Positions 1 to 7,076 of a stretch of DNA of 40,746 bases are shown piece by piece. Made by a program: the position numbers and the translations under genes. The notes under the pieces are model-generated. The model worked only from the letters and a program-made list of their open reading frames with translations. It made no database searches and had not been told where the DNA came from. Source of the stretch: a virus (taxonomy: Duplodnaviria; Caudoviricetes); the IMG/VR virus record IMGVR_UViG_3300037851_000426, positions 1 to 40,746 of that record; one strand, 5' to 3'. Every line of letters begins with the position of its first letter. Positions within the stretch are counted from its first letter, which is position 1.

Positions 1-31
1 TGCGGACGATCACGTACGGCTGATCGGACAT
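1..31 (-). CDS. DUF6948-like protein, N-terminal fragment (runs off the window)
   Basis: [10 protein letters not shown]; DNA identical to the start of the 36154-36444 gene. Confidence 0.8.
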   Translation of the reverse strand, partial: MSDQPYVIVR

Positions 32-34
32 GGG

Positions 35-280
35 TCACTCCTCCTGCGCGGTCATCGCGCCGAACTCCGCGCTCAGGTCGGCGAGCGCGTCCTCAATCGT
101 GCTGTAGTCGGGGACGACGCGGACGCCGTCGCGCACCTCCCCGGGGAGACGGTGGACCGCGTAGACCGACACGACGTCTCGCCCGTCGGCGTCGCGGTCC
201 AGGCCCGTCACGATGACCCAGGGCTGCTCGGTGACAGGGACAGGCGGACGGCCAGACAGGTAGCTGTCAGGGGCGCTCAT
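35..280 (-). CDS. Hypothetical phage protein, paralog of 36448-36693
   Basis: MSAPDSYLSGRPPVPV...AMTAQEE, 81 aa; ATG overlaps the upstream stop. Confidence 0.75.
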   Translation of the reverse strand: MSAPDSYLSGRPPVPVTEQPWVIVTGLDRDADGRDVVSVYAVHRLPGEVRDGVRVVPDYSTIEDALADLSAEFGAMTAQEE

Positions 281-522
281 ACGGCCTCCTCGTCGTCGGC
301 CGGCAGGATCGCCGCCGTCAGCGTCTCCGTTGGGTTCAGGTGGAGCCCCAGCAGCCGTGGGCGCAGCCCCGAGATCTCCAGCACCCAGCGGTGCGACTCC
401 CCCGCCCCGCTCAGATGGGCCGTGTGGTAGCACCAGCGCCCGGGCAGGCAGTCGAGAGCGCGCTGCTGGACGTGGCACGTGCCGGGGCAGGTCGCCGCAC
501 AAGACGCGGATCTCAATGTCAA
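277..522 (-). CDS. Hypothetical Cys-containing protein, paralog of 36690-36917; native 5' end apparently replaced
   Basis: TCPG.C.V.QRALDCLPGR.CYHTAHLSGAGESHRWVLEI is shared with the unit B copy. Confidence 0.55.
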   Translation of the reverse strand: MTLRSASCAATCPGTCHVQQRALDCLPGRWCYHTAHLSGAGESHRWVLEISGLRPRLLGLHLNPTETLTAAILPADDEEAV

Positions 523-572
523 GGATGCGCTCCGACGTCACTTCCTTGATCTAGTCGCCAAGTCGCACTCAC
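503..572 (-). pseudogene. 5' remnant of the gene that is intact at 35082-35477
   Basis: 503-613 matches 35409-35518; has a 1-nt insertion and TGG>TAG, then is truncated after EIRV. Confidence 0.75.
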
Positions 573-904
573 CGCACCCTCCAGACGATCGCCGGCGATC
601 CGCTCGGCGCCGGCCGCGTCGTCCCCGTGGAGACAACGAGCCCCAGGCGCACCAGCTCGCCCCGCCGCTTACCGATACTGGTCTGCTGCAGCCGCGTGAC
701 CGCCGCCAGCTCGAAGTCCGTGAGGCCCCGATCGCCGGCGTGCCGGAGCGCGTCGAGCGCCCGCGCGCGATGCGTCCCCGCCGTCGCCGCGGCGTGGGCC
801 GCCGCCTGGTGTGAGGTGGCAGGATCCGTGCGCCGTGCCACCGGCGTCCAGATCGGCGCCGGATCCGGGGCGGGGTTGTAGAGGTCGAAGAGCAGGTCCG
901 TCAT
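569..904 (-). CDS. Winged-HTH phage protein
   Basis: ARRTDPATSHQAA...GLTDFELA...SIGKRRGELVRLGLV...SGSPAIVW, a common phage wHTH pattern. Confidence 0.75.
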   Translation of the reverse strand: MTDLLFDLYNPAPDPAPIWTPVARRTDPATSHQAAAHAAATAGTHRARALDALRHAGDRGLTDFELAAVTRLQQTSIGKRRGELVRLGLVVSTGTTRPAPSGSPAIVWRVR

Positions 905-911
905 CGCGCCC

Positions 912-1271
912 TCAGAACTGCCCGAACGGGTCATCGTCCTCACCCGGTTCCCGGCTCGCGGGCGCCGGCGCGTCCGGCGCCGCCACCCGAATCGCCGGCA
1001 CGCTCTGCCCGCGGTAGTCCACGTGCGCCACCACGAGCTTGATCCGCTTCCCCGGCCACTGGTCCGTCTCGTCGCCGTGCAAGCGCCCGATCGTCGTGGC
1101 GTTGGTCTTGTTGCACACCAACCCCTTTGCGACATCGGCGAACCAGACGATGAACCGCTGGTCCTCACCGATGCGCTCACGGGACACCCGATCGATGGTG
1201 ACCACGGGCGTGCGGCCGCGCAGATCGTCGGGCCGGAGGTAGCGCGAGGGGAACGCGTCGCTGACTCGCAT
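912..1271 (-). CDS. Conserved phage protein, possible ssDNA-binding protein
   Basis: FPSRYL..DDL...LVCNKTNATTIG.LHGDETDQWPGKRIKL; acidic SSB-like tail EPGEDDDPFGQF. Confidence 0.65.
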   Translation of the reverse strand: MRVSDAFPSRYLRPDDLRGRTPVVTIDRVSRERIGEDQRFIVWFADVAKGLVCNKTNATTIGRLHGDETDQWPGKRIKLVVAHVDYRGQSVPAIRVAAPDAPAPASREPGEDDDPFGQF

Positions 1272-1273
1272 GA

Positions 1274-1687
1274 TCAGCTCCTGGCCAGCGCCACCCGCGG
1301 ATCGGCCGCATCCGCCCGCCGCGCCCACCCATCCACGCTCCAGGCGGGATCGCCGGCCAGGCGGAGGCGCCGGATCTCGGCGAGCCGGGCGCGGTACCGC
1401 AGCTCGATACTCGCGAGCGTGCAGGGGGGCAGGACGGGCGGGGATCGCCGGGCGCGGGCCGACACCGCCCGGTCCGCGTGGATCTGCCGGCACGGCGCGC
1501 AGTACCACCGGTCGGCCTCCACCGGCCCACCACACCGGGCGCAGCGCCCTGACACCCGGCTTCGGCTCGCCTGCGCGCGATCCCGGCAGGCGCGATCGCA
1601 GTACCGCCGGGTGGCCGCGACCAGCCCCGTGATCGCCTGGCCGCAGGCGAGGCACGGGCGCCCCGCGGCCAGCGTCAGCGCGGCCAT
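1274..1687 (-). CDS. Cys-rich zinc-finger protein
   Basis: CLACG...YCDRAC and CARCG...YCAPC motifs. Confidence 0.65.
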   Translation of the reverse strand: MAALTLAAGRPCLACGQAITGLVAATRRYCDRACRDRAQASRSRVSGRCARCGGPVEADRWYCAPCRQIHADRAVSARARRSPPVLPPCTLASIELRYRARLAEIRRLRLAGDPAWSVDGWARRADAADPRVALARS

Positions 1688-1902
1688 CGCGCCCTCCAGC
1701 GGCGGAGCCATCCCGCGCGCCAGCCGCCCTCGTCCCCTCGGGGCCAGAGACGTTCCCAGCGGACGGCTGGCGCGCGATCGGTGATCCCCAGGAGCGTCCG
1801 GTAGGCCGCGAGCACTTCGACGTGTGGGCGACGCCGCAGCAGCGGGGCGAGCGGGGCCTCGTCGAGCAGCGCCGGCGACACGGGGCGGGTCGTCGCGCTC
1901 AC
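1675..1902 (-). CDS. Hypothetical protein
   Basis: Coupled ORF in the early operon (GTGA overlap). Confidence 0.45.
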   Translation of the reverse strand: MSATTRPVSPALLDEAPLAPLLRRRPHVEVLAAYRTLLGITDRAPAVRWERLWPRGDEGGWRAGWLRRWRARWPR

Positions 1903-2123
1903 GCCGCGCCTCGCGGTGGCCCGATGGGCGTGCCCTGCTCCCAGGCGCGGATGATCTTGCGCCGGTGGACGATGTCGATCACGTCGTACCGACGCACGCC
2001 GTCCCGATCGTGGACGTCGACCAGGCGGCCTGCGACCTGGACGGCGTCCAGCTCATGGCGGCAGGTCCGGATGGTCCGCGCGGGACTGCCGTACTCGCGC
2101 ACCCGCACGAGGTAGCCCGTCAC
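1899..2123 (-). CDS. Hypothetical protein
   Basis: 74 aa, GTGA overlaps at both ends, globular composition. Confidence 0.6.
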   Translation of the reverse strand: MTGYLVRVREYGSPARTIRTCRHELDAVQVAGRLVDVHDRDGVRRYDVIDIVHRRKIIRAWEQGTPIGPPRGAA

Positions 2124-2374
2124 AGCAACTCCTGCACGGGCTCGGTGAGGGCCCAGATGACGTCCTCGACCCGGGCATCGCCGGGGACATGCGCGAGGAC
2201 GACGGACGTGAGGACGCGGACCAGGGTGACGGCGTCGGTGCCGGCGGGGACCGCGCGGCGCGCGATCTGGCTGCCGACCTTCACGCCCACCGCGAGCCGC
2301 GCCGGCAGCAGGGGCGAGGGGGCCGACGGCGGGACCGCCGCGGCCGGCAGCGTGGGGGAGAAGCCGGCCGTCAC
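2120..2374 (-). CDS. Hypothetical protein
   Basis: GTG start overlapping the upstream TGA. Confidence 0.55.
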   Translation of the reverse strand: MTAGFSPTLPAAAVPPSAPSPLLPARLAVGVKVGSQIARRAVPAGTDAVTLVRVLTSVVLAHVPGDARVEDVIWALTEPVQELL

Positions 2375-2622
2375 TGGCGGCCTGCCCAGTCCGCCAGGCG
2401 ATCGCGGAGCGGTTGTTGCTGGCGGGCGACGCGGATCGGGGCGGGGCGGCGCAGCCCCGCGACGTACTCCCGCCGGGCCGCCTCCCACTGCGCCTGCTCG
2501 CGTGCCTCGCGCCCCGCGCGCGACGCCCAGCCGCTCAGGATGAACATCGTCGCGGTGACGAGGCTCGCGGCCAGCACTACGGTCACGAGGACCCCGATCC
2601 CGATCCAGACCGACGCGATCAT
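2371..2622 (-). CDS. Small membrane protein
   Basis: N-terminal hydrophobic helix MIASVWIGIGVLVTVVLAASLV; ATGA overlap. Confidence 0.65.
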   Translation of the reverse strand: MIASVWIGIGVLVTVVLAASLVTATMFILSGWASRAGREAREQAQWEAARREYVAGLRRPAPIRVARQQQPLRDRLADWAGRQ

Positions 2623-2945
2623 GCGCCCCTCCGCTGTAGCCTCACGAGCGCCGCCGCGTCGAGCCACTGCGGCGAGCGCCCGTACCCCTCCCAGGCGACC
2701 AGGACCTGATCGCCGACCACCTCGAGCACGTGCCCGCGCGCGACCACCGCGCGCAGGGCGACCCGATCCCCCACCGCCAGCGACGGGGCGACGCCAGGGG
2801 CGCACCCAAGGGCGAACGGGTTCTCGTCGCCCGTGAGCTGGCACTCGTCGATGCCCGCGACGCCCTGGTTGTGCTCGTCCACGCCGCGGCGCACCTGGGA
2901 GCCACTGCGGACATAGACAAGGTCGGGCCGGCGCCGGCGCGTCAT
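2619..2945 (-). CDS. Hypothetical protein (possible SH3-like C-terminal half)
   Basis: LAVGDRV...GHVLEVVGDQVLVAW pattern; ATGA overlap. Confidence 0.6.
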   Translation of the reverse strand: MTRRRRPDLVYVRSGSQVRRGVDEHNQGVAGIDECQLTGDENPFALGCAPGVAPSLAVGDRVALRAVVARGHVLEVVGDQVLVAWEGYGRSPQWLDAAALVRLQRRGA

Positions 2946-3181
2946 GCGGCACTCCGATCACTGGCCGTCGGCACGCCCGTCGCCAGCCACCGCCGCACGT
3001 CCTCACGACGCCAGCGGTGCGGCATCCCGGGGATGCTGCGCGGGAGATGGCGGAGACCGGTGAGCCGCTCGCGCTGCTCCCACCGCTCCAGCGTGCGTCG
3101 GGAGTAGCCGACGAGCGTGCCCAACGCATCGAGCCCGACGATGACGACCGGCAACTCGCGGAGATCTGTGAGGTCGGCCAT
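2942..3181 (-). CDS. Excisionase/AlpA-like HTH protein
   Basis: LGTLVGYSRRTLERW...RWRREDVRRWL. Confidence 0.65.
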   Translation of the reverse strand: MADLTDLRELPVVIVGLDALGTLVGYSRRTLERWEQRERLTGLRHLPRSIPGMPHRWRREDVRRWLATGVPTASDRSAA

Positions 3182-3636
3182 CACCGCACCGCCTTCAGCG
3201 TCGGCGGCTGCGTCCGGTCGCGGGCGTGCTCGAGCGCGGCCGCAATCGCGGCGATCGCCTCGTGGCCCTCGCGCTCGATCGTCACCAACTCCTCCTGAGA
3301 GACGGTACCGTCCCGCAGCGCCTCGGAGTGCGCACTCACCCACTCGCCGAACTGGCGGATGGCCTCGCCGGTGCTCGCGAGATGGAGCCCCGTCGGCACA
3401 CGGAACGCCACGCGGCCCGCGAGGGCCTCGAGGTGGTCGAGCACCGCGAGGTTGTCGGCGGAGGCGACCAGGGAGACGAGCCGGCGCACCGGGATCTGCG
3501 CCTCCTGCGCGTCGTCGGCAAACTGGGCCAGGGTGGAGTAGCTGACCCCGACCAGGTCAGCCAGGGCCTTCGCCGGAAGGCTGGAGCGGAACACCGTGTC
3601 GTGGAGAGCGGCCTTGAAACTGGGATGCTGCGACAC
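3181..3636 (-). CDS. Phage regulatory CII-family protein
   Basis: AKALADLVGVSYSTL HTH plus C-terminal EALRDGTVSQEELVTIERE; lies after cro; start uncertain. Confidence 0.7.
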   Translation of the reverse strand: MSQHPSFKAALHDTVFRSSLPAKALADLVGVSYSTLAQFADDAQEAQIPVRRLVSLVASADNLAVLDHLEALAGRVAFRVPTGLHLASTGEAIRQFGEWVSAHSEALRDGTVSQEELVTIEREGHEAIAAIAAALEHARDRTQPPTLKAVR

Positions 3637-3709
3637 GTTCCCCTGACCTTTCGCTCGAGGATTCCCGTAGTCGCGGAGACGGGGCGGCATGGACACTAAG
3701 CCTCGCGCG

Positions 3710-3922
3710 TCAGGCGGCGGGAGAGTCCGTCGCCCGATCAACGAGAGTTGGTGCGGCGTCGAGTGCAGCGGTGAGCCTAGCAACGGTCAACGGGCTCGGC
3801 TCAGATCGGCCACCCTCCACCCTCGCCACCGTCACGAGCGCGACGCCCGCCCGGCGGGCCAGGGCCTCCTGGCTCAATCCGGCGGCGATGCGACGTGTCC
3901 GGAAGTGCTCAGCGGTCGTCAT
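3710..3922 (-). CDS. Cro-like XRE HTH repressor (probably leaderless)
   Basis: RRIAAGLSQEALARRAGVALVTVARVEGG; divergent from the CI-like gene. Confidence 0.85.
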   Translation of the reverse strand: MTTAEHFRTRRIAAGLSQEALARRAGVALVTVARVEGGRSEPSPLTVARLTAALDAAPTLVDRATDSPAA

Positions 3923-3928
3923 GGCGAG

Positions 3929-3965
3929 ACCATAACGCAGCACATCATGCTATGTCAAGCGTTAT
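3929..3965 (-). promoter_or_regulatory. Lytic promoter/operator of unit A
   Basis: TTGACA (3953-3958), 18-nt spacer, TATGGT (3929-3934), ATG 6 nt further; inverted repeat ATAACGC(3932)...GCGTTAT(3965). Confidence 0.7.
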
Positions 3966-4010
3966 CGTGAGCAGCGGCGCTATAGCACCACCGGCCCGCG
4001 AGGGACATGC

Positions 4011-4481
4011 TTGGTAGCGATGGTCCGCGGGGCTTTAGCTGAGCGAATCCGCGAGGCGCGGCTCAGTCGCGATCTGACCCAGGAAGCCGTCTCGATCGCC
4101 TCAAACGTGGCTCTCGTGACCGTGGCGAGAACCGAAAGTGGAGGGATCCGAACATCTGACCGGACACTGGTCAGGATTGGGAAGGTTCTTGGTCTCGATC
4201 AGAGTGAGTTGGTCACTCTCAGGGATCTCGACTTCCCTCCTGTGACACAGGGCACAGGTGTGGAGATGACCCCAACTGTCACGGATCGTGCACAGGCTCA
4301 CCCGCAGGAGGGCTCACCGTTGCCCACTGCACCCGAGCACGACGCCGCCAGCTTCTACCACCTGCTCATGAGCCTCGCGCCCGAGGCGCGCCGATCGTGC
4401 GTGAACGAGTGCCTCCCGATCGTCGTGCGTTACCGTGGCGCGCGCCCGCGGGCGCGAGAAGGGACGACGGAGGGCGATTGA
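4011..4481 (+). CDS. CI-like XRE HTH repressor (no S24 peptidase domain visible)
   Basis: IREARLSRDLTQEAVSIASNVALVTVARTESG; start may be ATG 4020. Confidence 0.8.
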   Translation: MVAMVRGALAERIREARLSRDLTQEAVSIASNVALVTVARTESGGIRTSDRTLVRIGKVLGLDQSELVTLRDLDFPPVTQGTGVEMTPTVTDRAQAHPQEGSPLPTAPEHDAASFYHLLMSLAPEARRSCVNECLPIVVRYRGARPRAREGTTEGD

Positions 4482-4568
4482 CCGCCGCGGCCTGCGGCTT
4501 GTTTCACGGGGAACGCGCTACCCCATTGGGGTGGCCTGTGCCCCGATCCCGCCCCCGGGAGACCGCTC

Positions 4569-5099
4569 ATGAAGACGTGCCCGTACTGCGCGGAGGAGAT
4601 CCAGGACGCCGCAATCGTCTGCCGGCACTGTCAGCGCGACCTGCGACACCCAGTGAGCCCCCCGCCCTCACCGGCCCCCCCGCCGCTCGACGTCGCGGCC
4701 CAGCGGAGGAAAGGCTGCCTCGGCCTGCTCACCGCCGGCGCGATCGTCCTGGGGGCCCTCTGGGTGCTCGGCATCGTCAGCCAGCAATCCGCGCCGGCCA
4801 ACGTCCCCTTGACCGCCCGGGTGCAGGTGACGCGGACGGCGATGACCGTCACCAACACGTCGGGCCTGGCCTGGCGGGACGTGCGGTTCCGGCTCTCGGT
4901 CCATGAGACAGACTTCTCCGCGTGGCAGACCACACACCCCGCGCTGGACGCCGGCGCCTCTGTGACGCTTCCCTTCCTCGACTTCACCGACTCGTCGGGG
5001 ACCCGCCTCGACCCCTTCGCCACGAAGGTCACCGTCCTCCTGATCCGCGCGACCGTGGACGGCGGGGGCGAAGGGTCCTCGGTCTACCGTCTCCCGTGA
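4569..5099 (+). CDS. Zinc-ribbon, single-TM membrane protein (lysogeny cargo)
   Basis: MKTCPYCAEEIQDAAIVCRHC, TM helix, beta-rich exported domain; GGAG RBS. Confidence 0.8.
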   Translation: MKTCPYCAEEIQDAAIVCRHCQRDLRHPVSPPPSPAPPPLDVAAQRRKGCLGLLTAGAIVLGALWVLGIVSQQSAPANVPLTARVQVTRTAMTVTNTSGLAWRDVRFRLSVHETDFSAWQTTHPALDAGASVTLPFLDFTDSSGTRLDPFATKVTVLLIRATVDGGGEGSSVYRLP

Positions 5100-5123
5100 T
5101 CTCCCCGTAATCTCTGCGCTGGA

Positions 5124-5154
5124 CGGGGGCCACGCGGCGGGGCCACGATCGGGC
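5124..5154. repeat. 31-bp inverted repeat, left copy (right copy 6256-6286)
   Basis: CGGGGGCCACGCGGCGGGGCCACGATCGGGC versus the reverse complement of 6256-6286: 30/31 match. Confidence 0.9.
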
Positions 5155-5155
5155 C

Positions 5156-6241
5156 ATGCCGCGGCACCGCTCACCCCGCACGCGCGTCGAGCGCGGGATC
5201 TACCGCGATGCCGCCGGCTACGAGGTCGTCGCGCACGTGGGCGCCAGGCGCAAGGCGCGGCGCTATCCTCGGGACACGCCGCTGGCCACGATGCGCGCCT
5301 GGCAGGATGCGACCCGCCTGGCGCTGCGCACGACGCCGGCGCCGCGGCCGACGGCCCGATCCGCGCCGACCCTTGCGGCCGACGTCGATCGCTACATCGC
5401 GCAGGTGCGGACGCTCGTGTCCTGGCGGGAGCTGCGTGCGGAGCTGCGCGCCTGGGTGCGCCTCGCGCCCCAGGGCCTACGCCGGCAGCTCACGCCAGAG
5501 GTCGTGCGCCGCGCGCGCGTCACCTGGCTCGACGCCGGCGTCAGCCCCAAGACCATCAACCACCGTGTGGCCGCGCTGCGCCGGATGATCCGCACGCTCG
5601 ACGCGGTCCCCGGCGCGCCCCTCCCCGTCACGCCGTGTGACGGCCTGCGGCGGCTGCCCGTCCCGCGCGTGCCGAAGATCCCGATCACCCCGGATGTGAT
5701 CCTGCGCGTCTACCGCGCGCTGCTCGCGCGCGAGCGCCAGGGCGTGCTGCGCACCGCGAAGACCCGGGCCCGCTACATGGTGCTCGCGACGACAGGCGTA
5801 CGGCCCTCGGAGCTGATGCGGGCGCAGCCGGAGGACCTCTCGCTCGACACGACCCCGCCGTACTGGCTGACCCGGGATGGGAAGGGCGGGCGGCGCGCCT
5901 CGGCGCTGCCGCTCAACCCCGAGATGCTCGAGGCGTGGCGCGTGTTCGTGGCGGCCGGAGCGTGGGGCCGGTACGAGACCTCGGCCTTCGCCCGCACCCT
6001 GCGGGCCGCGGGGTGGCCGGCCGACGTGCGGCCCTACCGGCTCCGGGCGACCGTCGGAATCGAGCTGAGTGCGCGCGGGATCGACCTGGCGGATGTCGCC
6101 GGATGGCTGGGGCACACCGACCTGGACACCACCCGGGCGGACTACGTCCCGGTGCTGGCGCCGCGGATGGTGCAGGCGATGCAGACGCTGGCGGGGCGCG
6201 TCGTGTGGCCGACCCGGGAGGAGGACGGCCCAGTGCACTGA
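5156..6241 (+). CDS. int: Tyrosine recombinase / phage integrase
   Basis: TGVRPSEL (R), DGKGG (K), YRLR in place of HxxR, LGHTD, ADY (catalytic Y). Confidence 0.92.
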   Translation: MPRHRSPRTRVERGIYRDAAGYEVVAHVGARRKARRYPRDTPLATMRAWQDATRLALRTTPAPRPTARSAPTLAADVDRYIAQVRTLVSWRELRAELRAWVRLAPQGLRRQLTPEVVRRARVTWLDAGVSPKTINHRVAALRRMIRTLDAVPGAPLPVTPCDGLRRLPVPRVPKIPITPDVILRVYRALLARERQGVLRTAKTRARYMVLATTGVRPSELMRAQPEDLSLDTTPPYWLTRDGKGGRRASALPLNPEMLEAWRVFVAAGAWGRYETSAFARTLRAAGWPADVRPYRLRATVGIELSARGIDLADVAGWLGHTDLDTTRADYVPVLAPRMVQAMQTLAGRVVWPTREEDGPVH

Positions 6242-6243
6242 CT

Positions 6244-6508
6244 CGGGGGCCACGCGCCCGATCGTGGCCCCGCCGCATGGCCCCCGATACCACGCCCCGT
6301 GATCCGGCGCGATCTGAAGGCGCGTGCCTAGGTTCGACTCCCAGGCGCTTCCGCCAGCCCTTTCGCCGCCTTTCGCGCCGATCTCCTCAGTGATTCACCG
6401 TGATCGCGGCGGCGCAGGCCCGCCGGGACCGGCGACAGGAACCGCCGGATTCCGCCCATCTCCGCCTGATCACCGCGGGCGATCGTGGCCCCCATCGCGT
6501 GGCCCCCC
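6244..6508. other. attP-like attachment region with arm-type repeats on both sides of the core
   Basis: CGATCGTGGCCCC at 6259-6271 and 6480-6492, each followed by a second TGGCCCCC box; GGGGGCCAC at 6245. Confidence 0.7.
6331..6356 (+). tRNA. selC: 3' fragment of tRNA-Sec (att core); not a full tRNA
   Basis: GGTTCGACTCCCAGGCGCTTCCGCCA: T-loop plus long acceptor strand ending CTTCCGCCA, typical of selC. Confidence 0.75.
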
Positions 6509-6760
6509 GGGGGGGCTGGACGCCGCGGCGCTCCCGCGGCGCCCCGCGCGGCGACCACGCACGCTGGCCAGCTATGAGCGAGGTCGCAGGTCCGGCAGCC
6601 GCGGCGAGCGGCGGTAGAACGCCGGCCGCTCGAGCACGCACGTCGTCTCACCGTCGCGGCCCTGTGTCCACACGGTGGCCGTCCACGGCGTGCGCGCGTC
6701 TGTGTCGAGGCGGCAGCCGATGGTCGTGGGCGGCGATCAGGGCCACGTGGAACGCGCAGA

Positions 6761-7075
6761 TCACACACCGACCCGCGGCAGGACCGTGAGCGTGCCGTAG
6801 GCCAGCGTGGCCTTCGCGCCGCTGTTAGTCCGCAGCAGCTCCCACTGGTACACCGGGAGGGCGAGGGCGGCCGTCTGCGCCGCCGTGAGAGTCACCGAGC
6901 ACAACCCCGTCGCCGCCGTCGTGATGACACCTGCGACGGTGAGACTCGGCGTGCTGTCTTCCATCGTGTCGCTGATGATGAGGCTCAGCGTCCACCCCGT
7001 GATGTCCTCGTCGATGTCAAACGGGAGGACGACGTCCTCGCCGCGGTGGAGGGTCAGGGCACTCTTGATCGACAT
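6761..7075 (-). CDS. BppU-like / Ig-like small virion protein
   Basis: LHRGED...DITGWT...GLCSVTLTAAQTAAL...YQWEL...GTLTV pattern. Confidence 0.7.
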   Translation of the reverse strand: MSIKSALTLHRGEDVVLPFDIDEDITGWTLSLIISDTMEDSTPSLTVAGVITTAATGLCSVTLTAAQTAALALPVYQWELLRTNSGAKATLAYGTLTVLPRVGV

Positions 7076-7076
7076 G

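Larger units (their letters stand above)
1..493. repeat. Dispersed repeat, copy 1 (copy 2 at 36414-36897)
   Basis: 1-127 is identical to 36414-36540; the remainder is diverged but collinear. Confidence 0.95.
1..6356. mobile_element. Phage unit A: early/immunity/integration end of a temperate phage (continues left of the window)
   Basis: Integrase, CI/Cro switch, CII-like and Xis-like genes; 1-493 is homologous to early genes of unit B (36414-36897). Confidence 0.85.

Noticed and set aside
1-493. Terminal redundancy or circular overlap of a single genome
   Set aside because: Copies diverge after 127 bp, neighbouring genes differ, and the second copy is not at the window end
6270-6356. Complete tRNA-Sec gene
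   Set aside because: No GGAAGCGC 5' acceptor strand or UCA anticodon arm upstream; only the 3' fragment is present
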